A stretch of DNA of 64,000 nucleotides from Bacilli bacterium (GTDB lineage Bacteria > Bacillota_I > Bacilli_A > ML615J-28 > CAG-313), in the NCBI GenBank assembly GCA_017398545.1, contig JAFQFT010000013.1, forward strand, positions 5,572-69,571, read 5' to 3'. Under the pieces are notes generated by a model. The model worked only from the letters and a program-made list of their open reading frames with translations. It had not been told where the DNA came from and did not search any database. The position numbers and the translations under genes are program-made. How positions within the stretch are numbered: position 1 is the stretch's first letter; every line of letters starts with the position of its first letter. Positions 18,735 through 28,622 of this stretch are shown piece by piece.

Positions 18735-21700
18735 CTTTTTTTCTTCCTTTCTTTAAAACTATTAACAAAATACCCACACTAATTGTTATACAACAAACTC
18801 CGCCAACAATAAACCATAATAAATTATTTGTTCCAGATAGTATATTTAAAGTATAACATGTCTCATAATCTAGATAACTAATGATTATTTCGTATTCTCC
18901 TTCTTTATTTTTTACATTGCTAAAGTCAACTTGATAATCTTTAATTTCTTGCTTACTACCATCATTTCCTACTAAATAAACTTTTAAATTAGTAACATTA
19001 TGATCCTCTAGTTCTTCTACATTTAACTCTACATTAGAAGTATCAACTATTAACTCATACTTAATATTACTATTTATATCAGAATTATTGTTAGAATCAT
19101 CACCAACAATTAGCTTAATTGTACATTCTTTACCATCATAAGATGTTGCTGTTATAGTAGTTTCACCTGCTTTAACACCTATAATCTTCCCGTTTTCAAT
19201 ATTAATTACTTCAGAATTTGAAGTACTAAGTGAATAACTTTGAATAGTTGAATTAAGTGGATTAAATACAACATTAAAATCAATTTCCTCACCTAACAAA
19301 ATAGTTGTTTTTGGCACTACAATTTCAACATTTTCTATAACAATGAAATTATTATAACTAACATTAAAATCATATTTTTTACTTCTTTGTACTTCTTCTT
19401 CAAATAATGTAATTGAAATGGTTTTAGATGATTCATTAATATAATCTTTTAAACTAACTTCTGAACTCTGTTTACTTAAAAGATCAAAATTTATTATATC
19501 TTGTATTCCGTTAACTATTATAACGGCATTTATATTAAAATCAAAATTATATTGATTAGTAACAATCATTACATCATTTTCTAAGGTTACTCCAATATTA
19601 TCAATTTTATCACGATTAATAATATCTATATTAACTAAATTATTCACAACAGATAATTCTAGAATGTTTGATGAAACAGAAAATGATACTGAATCATTTA
19701 AAGATTCCTTTAAAACATTTAAATCATAAATAAATTCAAAAAATTGTTTTTCTTTATGAGATAATGGTTTAATCTCTAAAATTACCTTATCAAATAAATT
19801 ATTCATACTTTTGATAGATAACTGTGTATACGTAGTGTTATCTATTCCATTATTGATGACATAACCTCTAATTGTATTATATTGACCATTATAGACTTGT
19901 TCTTCTATAACTATTTGTAAATCTCTTGAAGGCAATTCTATAATATTTTCATAAACCTCACCATCAAGAATTATAGAATAACTAAACATACCTTCTTCAT
20001 TAGGTATAATAATTTGAATACCTTTAAGTTCGCCACTTAAACATTCAACTAATACACTTTCACTGTAAATATAAGTATTAGATTCATCTAAAATTGTAAC
20101 TTGAACTTCATTTAGCACGTCATATCCTAGATTTGTTATAATTAAATCTATTACTAAATTATCATCAACTATTTCGTAATTAACATCATATAAATGTGAT
20201 TTTTCATTAGTTGAATGACATCCTACAATAATATTGTTCACTTGAAGTTCCTCACAATTATAATAAACCGTTTCTTCAACAGATGCAACATAATATAATT
20301 TTCCATTTTGTAAAATAATATCATAATTTTTTACAGTTTCTTCAGTTAATGATTCTAATGGAATTTCAAAATCATCTTTTTCCTCATTATAAATAAATGA
20401 AATTATACTTCCTGCACTTAAACCAGATACAATAAATTGCTCATAATCTGATAAAATGTTAATATTACTTAAGTTATATCTAGAAAAATCAAATTGTTTA
20501 ATTAATTTATTTGATTCATAATCAAAGATATTTAATATACCTTGATCAAAAATTATAAATCTGTTTTCACTTTGATACTCATTTATTCCAATATATGCAA
20601 GATAATTAAAACTTTCATAAATATTTTGATTATTTAAATAAACGACATATTGATTAGTAGTTTCCCCATTATTAGTAGTTTCTTCGCTAACCATATAAGC
20701 ACAATACTTATTATCTAAATACTCAAAATCAAGTACTTGATTATTAACAGTTATTAATTTTTTTGCCTCTTGATTATTAGATATATTTTTAGCATAAATG
20801 CTATAATTCACATCTTCTTGAGTTCCGAATAAATCCAATTTATTCATATTTGAATAAACCAAATATAAACTATCATTAACAACTGTAAATTTTTTATCAT
20901 ATATTAGTTCTTCTGATTTAGAGTAAGGGCCAATTTTATCCACCGTAATAAACTCTTGCTTATTCTCATCAAAGTAGCAAATTTCATTTTCCATATACGC
21001 ATACACTTTTTGAAGTTGATCATATTGATTACCACTAATATAATATTCATCTACAATTTCTGAAGCATTATCATATATCAAGTATAATTTATCCTCATAA
21101 ACATATGCTGCAAATGATGAATCTAATGTATTATCAGCTTTTACTTGCTTAGGAATAGACCAACTATTTCCATCAAAATAACTATAAAACAAATGTTGGA
21201 AATTATACGTGTTACTTTCACCATCATCATCAAGCCATAAAACAATCTTTTCATCATTACCTAAATTATATATTTTAGCTTGATTATTAGAAATTACATT
21301 TTCTTCTAACATTTGAGCATATTGATTAATTTTATTATTCACTCTTTTAACATAATTTTCAACATCAAAATCTTTAGTTTCAAGATATAAATAAGTTCTT
21401 TCAATTAAATTAGTATCATAATTATTTTCAATAAAGCTATTAAAAGTAGAAATATCTAACCTTTCAAACCATTCTTTATCTTTATGAGACATTACATCAG
21501 TCCATTCATTTTTTTCAAAATCGTAATATCCTTCAATTGATAAAATATCAAACGATGCTTTAACAAATAACAGTTCAGCAAAACCTTTTAAATGAGCCTC
21601 TAAATAAACAAGAACATTAAAATCAAAAATATTTTGTTTAGTATAAATATCTGTTTCTTTAATTGTACTTAGAGAGCCACCACCAGTTACGCCTATACTT

Positions 21701-24700
21701 GCTAGTCCTTTAGCTCCTGCTCCTAAAGATGCATCAATTAAATATTCAGTCGCACTCAAAAGAGTCACAATATTTGTTAATTTTTCTTCGTAAAAATCAG
21801 TTCCCCAATTTATTATGGTCTTCCTAGAAGTACCAAAATCAAATGTTAGATAACCTGGAATTCCTAGAATCGGAATCAAAAGAGGTTTTGTGATAGATAG
21901 ATTAACTCCAACATCTAGAGTAATACCTCCGCTTAAAAACTTTGCTTCATCCATATTATCAAAACTTTTTTCAAACATAAAACATGCTTCAAGCTCGGTT
22001 TCTATTTCAACTTTCTTATCCCATGTTTTATTCTTAATAAGTTTTTCAAAATCTTCAAATTTTTTCTCTTGTTTTTTATAAAAATTATCAACTAATTTTT
22101 CTATTAATACTAATTTTTCTTTACTTTTATTCTTTTTAACTCCAATTTCATCAGCATCTATTTTATAACTAATTCCATGAGTAAAAACATAATATATTTT
22201 TCTTTCCTCAATATCAATTATACTATTAATTTGCAGAAGTTTAGAAATATCTATATTACCTGTAAATTGTGATAAATACGATAAATTAATTCCAAAGAAT
22301 AATTCAAGATTTACATTATTATCTTCATAGAACTTTATTTCAATTTTTGGTCTTAAAACATTAATTTCAAGCGTTTTATTAAAAATCCCATCAATAGTAT
22401 AAATTTCAATAAGGTCATAACCATAATAATACGTTGGATTTATTATTCCAAAATCATTAATACTAATTATATGTTCATATTCTTCAATACCATTTGAAGA
22501 TATATTATATTTTTTTCTTTCAAATATAAAATTAGCATTTATTGCATCTTCTGGATAATATTTAATTTGTAGATTATCTAGTCTACCATCACATAAAACA
22601 GTCTCATAATCTAATTCCAAATAATCATCTAATATTTGACCATTTTGTGTAACGAAATAAACATCTTCAACTAAACCTCTTAAATAAAAATCAATACTAT
22701 TTTTTGATAAAAAGCTATTGTTTAAATACAAATAAATGTTTAATGTATATACCCCTGACTTAGTTAAGTTTTGAATATTAATTCTACCTACATCTTTAAT
22801 TGTATTTTCCAATATTTTTGAATCACCAAACGATATATCATAACGTATTTCATCATAATTAGTACCATTAATTAAGTAATCAAAACCAAAAATCTTATCA
22901 CACTCGAACACCATATTTTGTTCCGATGTAAATTCAGCTTGTGCATTTAAAACATCAAAATAACAATCTTTTTCTATTAATGATTCTGTAAAGAATACTC
23001 TAACAAACGATTCACCATCATTAATACATTTTATATCACATTTATATATAGTTATATATGAATCCCCTTCAGTATAACTATATTTTTCATCTTCAGAAAC
23101 AACAGTTACAATTGAGTCATTTGCAGATGTGAATAACACATCTTCCATTACTGGAAATTTTGATTTTACATGTACTTCCAATTTATAATTATCTAATTCA
23201 TATAATGATAAATCACTAGAAGACAATTCGACACTTGTAATTGAAGAATTGACTATAATACTATTACTCTCATAGAAAAGTTCACTATCATCAACAAACA
23301 ATTTTATTGTATATTTTCCAGGACTAATATAATCTTGTATTACATATTTAAAAGAATCATCAGAATAATATTGATTTACTAAAGTATTTTTCTTATAAAT
23401 TTCAATTTTTACATTGTCGAATGAAATCCCTCTTAGATGATAATCAATAACTATTTCTTCTCCCGATAAATAAATATATTTTTCAGTTTGTGCAGCAATT
23501 ATTTTTGTTTCCAAAATTTTTACTTCTATCTTATTAGAAACGTTACCACATGAAATATTTACAAATGTACTTCCTACGTTTTTGGCGATGAACTTACCAT
23601 CAACATATTCAATTATATTTTCGTTCTCAACCTCTATTTTTACATCTTTGTTAGTTGTGTTATATGGATAAATAGTGTTAATAAACTCTATTTTATCACC
23701 TGTATAAATTTCATTAGATAATACTTCGCTTTCGATTCTTACAGCCTCAACTACAATAGAAATACTTTTTCTATCATATACTGTCACACCATTATTCAAA
23801 ACTAGTGTTGCATCAATATTATATTTTCCACCATCAACATTAATAAGCCAATTTACACTTTTTGCTTCATTACCTGAAATTATTCTAACACATGAACCAT
23901 ATTCATTGTAAATTCTATATTCTAAAGATCGATAATTAGTACCTTCAACTTCAGATGACAATTCAATAACATCACCATTTTTATACACTTTATCTTCCAC
24001 AACAGTAGTATTCTTTATTTTCGCATCTAATATTGTTAATTTTACTTCTTCCACTATTTCACTTCGATTAGTTGATACAAATACAGTTAATTCCCCACTA
24101 GCTAGTGTTAATAATTTATTTCCGTCAAATGTAGCTAATTTTTCATCACTTAATGAGTAAATAGCATCATTGTATGAAGCATTACTAGGTTCAATAACAG
24201 TTTCAAATTCAATTACTTCATCTACATAGCAAACATTCTTAGAAATATTCGTTTTAATATCAGTTGTTTGAATAAATTCAGTAACTTCATAAGGTAACCT
24301 TACTTTAAAATCATCAAATATAATGTTAAATTCATAAGTTCCAATTTTTTCTGTTGAAAAATCACTTACATATTCATCTAAAACGGGTGTCATAAAAATT
24401 TCTTCATTATTATAAACAACATACATTATAGTATCATCTAAATTAAGATATTCACCAGCTACATAAACACTATTGTATTCTTCTACAAAAATATCAACAA
24501 TATATGGAGGTAACACCTCATAATTTACTTCATATATTAATCCTTCAACTAAAACTTTCATAGTAAAAATACCTATATTTTCAGTTGTAAAATCACGTAT
24601 CATACTTTCATTTATTTCAATTTCAATATTTCCATTATTTGTAACTCCAATAACTTTAGATAACGAAGTATTTAATGTTTCTTTTTGATAATAAAACAAT

Positions 24701-25920
24701 TTGAAAGTATCTTCAGTAATTAAAACTTCAGTTATATCACCATGATAGCTAACAATATTATAATCTTTTAATATATTTTTATAATCATCTAACAAATTAG
24801 GATGTACAAAGATTGTAGCCGTATTATTTAAAATTGATAAATTATTAAAAGATTTAATCTTATCTCCATCTAACCTTACACTTAATAAATTTGGACAATT
24901 TTCCAGAGCATAAGATTCAACTATCGATACATTTTCACCAAAAATAATATATTCCAATCCAGTACAACTAAATGAATATTGACCTACACGTTTTAAAGAA
25001 GGAGATAAATCAACTTTTTCAAGACTAGGACAATTATAGAAAGCATGGTGCTTTATTGTTTCTACATACATACCAACATCTACTGCTTTTAAGAAATTAT
25101 TATTAGCAAATGTATATTGTTCAATTGTCTTAACTTCACCTTTTAACTTTATCGTTTGAAGATTAGTATCATAAAAAGCATATTCACCAATTAAATTAAC
25201 ATTGTCAGGAATGATAATAGATTCAATTTTTTTGTTTTTATAAAATGCATAATTATTAATTTTATTAACATATGGTTTAATGAAATAATTTGTTTCGGAA
25301 TTTCCATTTGGATAAGAATGTAATATTGTATTTAAATTTGAAGAATCCTTTTCATACAATACTCTTTCACTATATCCATACTTAGCATTACCCGATTGAA
25401 CATAAAAACTATCAATCTTGTTATTACCACTAAATGCACCTTCACCAATTTCATTAATATATTTCGAAATATATACACTGCCACTAGTCGTATTAATCTG
25501 ATTAGTAGGAACAACACGTTCTAATGATTCACAATCTAAAAATGCAAATTTACCTATACTAATTAATGTGTCTGGGTAATAAACAAATTGTAAAGATTTC
25601 ATATTGCTAAATGTACCTTCACCAATCTTATTAACTCCATTTTCAGATACAATAATTTCAGTAATTGTATCATTATTGGCAAATGCATAATCTGAAATAG
25701 AAACAACCTTCATCCCATTATATCTATTAGGGATAGTAACAGATGATTCATTACCATTATACTTAATTAACTCAACTCCATCAGAACACTCTCTATATTC
25801 AAATATTTCTTGATTTGAATATAAATTCACTACATTATCAGCACTGACATTTAAATAATATAATCGATTTAAAGTAATACATAATAAAAGTGAAAAAATT
25901 AATATAATTTTTTTAACCAT
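18715..25920 (-). CDS. Giant (2401 aa) surface protein: signal peptide, BspA-type LRR (LRR_5) region, multiple Big_2-like Ig domains and a C-terminal TM anchor
   Basis: The N-terminal segment ISDYAFANN...IGEGTFSNMKSLQFV...IGKFAFLDCESLERV is typical of LRR_5. Big_2-like segments include GKIIGVKAGETTITATS and FTSANDSIVTV. The C-terminus LLWFIVGGVCCITISVGILLIVLKKGRKK is a TM anchor. Confidence 0.8.
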   Translation of the reverse strand: MVKKIILIFSLLLCITLNRLYYLNVSADNVVNLYSNQEIFEYRECSDGVELIKYNGNESSVTIPNRYNGMKVVSISDYAFANNDTITEIIVSENGVNKIGEGTFSNMKSLQFVYYPDTLISIGKFAFLDCESLERVVPTNQINTTSGSVYISKYINEIGEGAFSGNNKIDSFYVQSGNAKYGYSERVLYEKDSSNLNTILHSYPNGNSETNYFIKPYVNKINNYAFYKNKKIESIIIPDNVNLIGEYAFYDTNLQTIKLKGEVKTIEQYTFANNNFLKAVDVGMYVETIKHHAFYNCPSLEKVDLSPSLKRVGQYSFSCTGLEYIIFGENVSIVESYALENCPNLLSVRLDGDKIKSFNNLSILNNTATIFVHPNLLDDYKNILKDYNIVSYHGDITEVLITEDTFKLFYYQKETLNTSLSKVIGVTNNGNIEIEINESMIRDFTTENIGIFTMKVLVEGLIYEVNYEVLPPYIVDIFVEEYNSVYVAGEYLNLDDTIMYVVYNNEEIFMTPVLDEYVSDFSTEKIGTYEFNIIFDDFKVRLPYEVTEFIQTTDIKTNISKNVCYVDEVIEFETVIEPSNASYNDAIYSLSDEKLATFDGNKLLTLASGELTVFVSTNRSEIVEEVKLTILDAKIKNTTVVEDKVYKNGDVIELSSEVEGTNYRSLEYRIYNEYGSCVRIISGNEAKSVNWLINVDGGKYNIDATLVLNNGVTVYDRKSISIVVEAVRIESEVLSNEIYTGDKIEFINTIYPYNTTNKDVKIEVENENIIEYVDGKFIAKNVGSTFVNISCGNVSNKIEVKILETKIIAAQTEKYIYLSGEEIVIDYHLRGISFDNVKIEIYKKNTLVNQYYSDDSFKYVIQDYISPGKYTIKLFVDDSELFYESNSIIVNSSITSVELSSSDLSLYELDNYKLEVHVKSKFPVMEDVLFTSANDSIVTVVSEDEKYSYTEGDSYITIYKCDIKCINDGESFVRVFFTESLIEKDCYFDVLNAQAEFTSEQNMVFECDKIFGFDYLINGTNYDEIRYDISFGDSKILENTIKDVGRINIQNLTKSGVYTLNIYLYLNNSFLSKNSIDFYLRGLVEDVYFVTQNGQILDDYLELDYETVLCDGRLDNLQIKYYPEDAINANFIFERKKYNISSNGIEEYEHIISINDFGIINPTYYYGYDLIEIYTIDGIFNKTLEINVLRPKIEIKFYEDNNVNLELFFGINLSYLSQFTGNIDISKLLQINSIIDIEERKIYYVFTHGISYKIDADEIGVKKNKSKEKLVLIEKLVDNFYKKQEKKFEDFEKLIKNKTWDKKVEIETELEACFMFEKSFDNMDEAKFLSGGITLDVGVNLSITKPLLIPILGIPGYLTFDFGTSRKTIINWGTDFYEEKLTNIVTLLSATEYLIDASLGAGAKGLASIGVTGGGSLSTIKETDIYTKQNIFDFNVLVYLEAHLKGFAELLFVKASFDILSIEGYYDFEKNEWTDVMSHKDKEWFERLDISTFNSFIENNYDTNLIERTYLYLETKDFDVENYVKRVNNKINQYAQMLEENVISNNQAKIYNLGNDEKIVLWLDDDGESNTYNFQHLFYSYFDGNSWSIPKQVKADNTLDSSFAAYVYEDKLYLIYDNASEIVDEYYISGNQYDQLQKVYAYMENEICYFDENKQEFITVDKIGPYSKSEELIYDKKFTVVNDSLYLVYSNMNKLDLFGTQEDVNYSIYAKNISNNQEAKKLITVNNQVLDFEYLDNKYCAYMVSEETTNNGETTNQYVVYLNNQNIYESFNYLAYIGINEYQSENRFIIFDQGILNIFDYESNKLIKQFDFSRYNLSNINILSDYEQFIVSGLSAGSIISFIYNEEKDDFEIPLESLTEETVKNYDIILQNGKLYYVASVEETVYYNCEELQVNNIIVGCHSTNEKSHLYDVNYEIVDDNLVIDLIITNLGYDVLNEVQVTILDESNTYIYSESVLVECLSGELKGIQIIIPNEEGMFSYSIILDGEVYENIIELPSRDLQIVIEEQVYNGQYNTIRGYVINNGIDNTTYTQLSIKSMNNLFDKVILEIKPLSHKEKQFFEFIYDLNVLKESLNDSVSFSVSSNILELSVVNNLVNIDIINRDKIDNIGVTLENDVMIVTNQYNFDFNINAVIIVNGIQDIINFDLLSKQSSEVSLKDYINESSKTISITLFEEEVQRSKKYDFNVSYNNFIVIENVEIVVPKTTILLGEEIDFNVVFNPLNSTIQSYSLSTSNSEVINIENGKIIGVKAGETTITATSYDGKECTIKLIVGDDSNNNSDINSNIKYELIVDTSNVELNVEELEDHNVTNLKVYLVGNDGSKQEIKDYQVDFSNVKNKEGEYEIIISYLDYETCYTLNILSGTNNLLWFIVGGVCCITISVGILLIVLKKGRKKDEKNKH

Positions 25921-26707
25921 TTTTCTTTGCCACCTTTCTAAACAAAACTATTAATAAACCTATAACATCTATTATTAAAGAAAAGAAAATTGATATTATG
26001 GAAAACATTATCATTAAATTAATTAACATTATAAAATAACTAGTAATTATATCAAGAAAACTATAAAACACAAAATACAGAATTAAACTGATTAAAACTA
26101 TGCAACCTATTAAAAATAAAATTCCATATTTTGCAGCCTTAATATCATTAGTACTTAAATCCATATGAATTGCAATATTAAGACATATTATAATATAAAT
26201 CCACCACCATATATTTGCAAAATTTGAAATAGAAAATAAATTTTCAAAGTAATCTATACTAAATGAAAAGAAATTCACTAAATTAAATTCATATAAATCA
26301 ATAGTATTAATAGACAATCTTAAACTATCAAACAAATCAGGACAAAGTAACATACATAGCAATAATTGTATAACTCCTCCAAAGATAATTGGACCTATAC
26401 CAATGAAATAGTTACCAATATTATGGTATATATTTTTTTTATTATATGTATGTGATACATATCCAAGTGTATTTTCATCCCATTTTAATAACTTCATATC
26501 TACAATTTTATGTCCAAAAATTATACAGAAAAAAGCATGACCCAATTCATGAATTGGAGTACCAATAATAGATGTTGCAAGACAAATACTTTTAGATTTA
26601 TTACCACATATTGAATAAAAAAACTTATTTGTCATAGAAATAACACAACCACAAATTAATGGACATAAAATAAATATTATGAACAAATATAAAATTATCA
26701 AAAGCAT
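25913..26707 (-). CDS. Polytopic membrane protein with an HExxH motif (putative membrane zinc metalloprotease, DUF3267-like)
   Basis: 264 aa with PIHELGHAFFCIIFGH at a membrane boundary. SD AAGAGGA. It overlaps the start of the 2401-aa gene by 8 nt. Confidence 0.5.
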   Translation of the reverse strand: MLLIILYLFIIFILCPLICGCVISMTNKFFYSICGNKSKSICLATSIIGTPIHELGHAFFCIIFGHKIVDMKLLKWDENTLGYVSHTYNKKNIYHNIGNYFIGIGPIIFGGVIQLLLCMLLCPDLFDSLRLSINTIDLYEFNLVNFFSFSIDYFENLFSISNFANIWWWIYIIICLNIAIHMDLSTNDIKAAKYGILFLIGCIVLISLILYFVFYSFLDIITSYFIMLINLMIMFSIISIFFSLIIDVIGLLIVLFRKVAKKNG

Positions 26708-26899
26708 AATACTATTCCTCTTATAACAATAAATATAAGTTTAAAAAGGTAAACATTTATGTAAATAAAAAAAGTCGAATTTTAGTCTAAAAAAAATATA
26801 AAATATTGCAATATTTGGTATAATTTGTTATAATATAAATGAATAATTAGATAGACACAAATGTTTACCTTTATAGACTTAACAATATAAAATAAAATT

Positions 26900-26925
26900 C
26901 CCTCTTATAGAATCCTATAAGAGGG
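26900..26925 (-). terminator. Rho-independent terminator after rseP
   Basis: Perfect 11-bp stem ccctcttatag / ctataagaggg with a 4-nt loop, and T-rich runs on both sides. Confidence 0.8.
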
Positions 26926-26939
26926 TTTTTGTTTTATTT

Positions 26940-28607
26940 TTAGAAGCATTTAATTACATCTGAGATTAAAATTACTACAAATAATCCCATTAATAATATA
27001 AATCCTATATTATGTATTGTATTTTCTACTTTTGGAGTAGGTTTCTTTTTAGTTACACCTTCATATGCTAAGAATGCAAGACGTCCACCATCAAGCGCAG
27101 GAAGTGGTAAAAGGTTAATTAGACCAATATTTACAGAAAGTAGTCCTGTCCAATAAAGGATTTGATAGAATGAATCTTCTCCTTTTACTAGTTGTGTAAA
27201 TAAACTTAAAATACCAACTGGACCTGAAAGGTCAGTAAGTTTAACACCAGATCCTTTTTTAAAGAATAAACCTAATGTTTTAAAGATTTGAACTGATGCT
27301 TCACCTGTTTGTACCCATGGCATATAAAGAGATTTTACAAAATCTCTAGAAGATCCTGTTGAAACACCCATTGTAAGTTTTGTTTGAGGAATGCTTGAAG
27401 TATCTAACATATCAGCAGAATATGTATCAACATTAAAAGAAAGAGCTTCCATAGTTCCATCTTCTTTTGTTCTATTTACATAGAATGTAACTGTTTTTGC
27501 CTCCGTGAAACTATTAAAAAATACTAGTAGATCTTTTATACCATTAATATCAGTATCATCTATCTTTAAAATTTCATCACCTGGTAATAGCCCTGCTTTA
27601 CCAACTTTAGTATCACTCATTAAATCTCCATAATCACCAACGATTACTTTATTATCCGGAGTTTCTTTATCATATTTTAAAACCATTTCAACTGAATATA
27701 CAAATACTTGTGGTTCTAACATTACAGTTACTAATTCATTATTATTTGATTCATCTAAATATACAACTTCAATAGTACCATCTTGTGAAATACCTTCACC
27801 TTTTGCAGCTTTTGCCATAGCAGCAGATAAATCATCCCAGTCCGATAATACTTCACCATTAATAGAATAAATTGTATCATTGTTTTCAAGTCCTGCAACT
27901 TGTGCTGGACCAGAAACTTCTGCAATCTTAGTTGAAGATGTATCAGCATAACCATAACATACACCCATAATAAAGAATACAATTATTGCAAGAACAAAGT
28001 TCATTAAAGGACCTGCTAAAACACTAAAGAAACGATTCCAGAATGGTTTATATGCAAATGTTCTATTCTTAGGTGCAATTTGAAGTTCTTCTTTCTTTTC
28101 AACATTCATCATCGCATCACGAGCAACAATATACTTATTTACTTCACCATCTTCACTTTCTAGTTCTAAATAAAGTTCATCATCAAGTCCTTCCATAGTT
28201 CCTGATAAATCATAACTTACTAAGTTATATACAGGAAGATTATTATATTTAGGATTATCTAAATTAATAATAATTTTACAAACTCTATTATTTTCTAATA
28301 TAACTTTTACTCGCTTTACATCTTTTAATGCATCAAACTCAACTTCTTCACCAGCCATTGCAACGTAACCACCAAATGGAATAGCACGAATAGAGAACAT
28401 TGTTTCTCCTTTTTTTGTTTGCCAAATTAATGGCCCCATTCCAATTGAAAATTCATGACATAAGATACCTGACTTTTTAGCAATAATAAAATGTCCAGCC
28501 TCATGAATTAACACAATGATACCAAGTACTAAAATAAATACAATAACACCTAAAATAAGGTATAGTACTTGTGACCATTCTATATTATAAAATCCTAAAA
28601 ACTTCAT
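26940..28607 (-). CDS. rseP: RIP site-2 metalloprotease RseP/RasP (M50 family) with an enlarged extracytoplasmic PDZ region
   Basis: HEAGHFIIAK (HExxH) sits in TM1 and the C-terminal motif is NLLPLPALDGG. It holds the conserved position after dxr. At 555 aa it is longer than typical members, with extra sequence after TM2. Confidence 0.9.
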   Translation of the reverse strand: MKFLGFYNIEWSQVLYLILGVIVFILVLGIIVLIHEAGHFIIAKKSGILCHEFSIGMGPLIWQTKKGETMFSIRAIPFGGYVAMAGEEVEFDALKDVKRVKVILENNRVCKIIINLDNPKYNNLPVYNLVSYDLSGTMEGLDDELYLELESEDGEVNKYIVARDAMMNVEKKEELQIAPKNRTFAYKPFWNRFFSVLAGPLMNFVLAIIVFFIMGVCYGYADTSSTKIAEVSGPAQVAGLENNDTIYSINGEVLSDWDDLSAAMAKAAKGEGISQDGTIEVVYLDESNNNELVTVMLEPQVFVYSVEMVLKYDKETPDNKVIVGDYGDLMSDTKVGKAGLLPGDEILKIDDTDINGIKDLLVFFNSFTEAKTVTFYVNRTKEDGTMEALSFNVDTYSADMLDTSSIPQTKLTMGVSTGSSRDFVKSLYMPWVQTGEASVQIFKTLGLFFKKGSGVKLTDLSGPVGILSLFTQLVKGEDSFYQILYWTGLLSVNIGLINLLPLPALDGGRLAFLAYEGVTKKKPTPKVENTIHNIGFILLMGLFVVILISDVIKCF

Positions 28608-28622
28608 TTCTACAAAACCTTT

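Noticed and set aside
9977-25517. Antisense or overlapping ORFs inside the giant genes (9977-10501, 10790-11167, 14552-14764, 15850-16089, 21890-22081 and 25332-25517).
   Set aside because: They are low-complexity translations of the opposite strand or a shifted frame of long AT-rich coding regions. They have no SD and no recognisable motifs, and each is fully embedded in a much longer, motif-supported ORF.
26708-26899. Promoter for the surface-protein island.
   Set aside because: Several A/T-rich hexamer pairs are present but none has acceptable -35/-10 spacing. The best extended -10 (TGTTATAAG) would start transcription inside the SD. I therefore made no promoter call.
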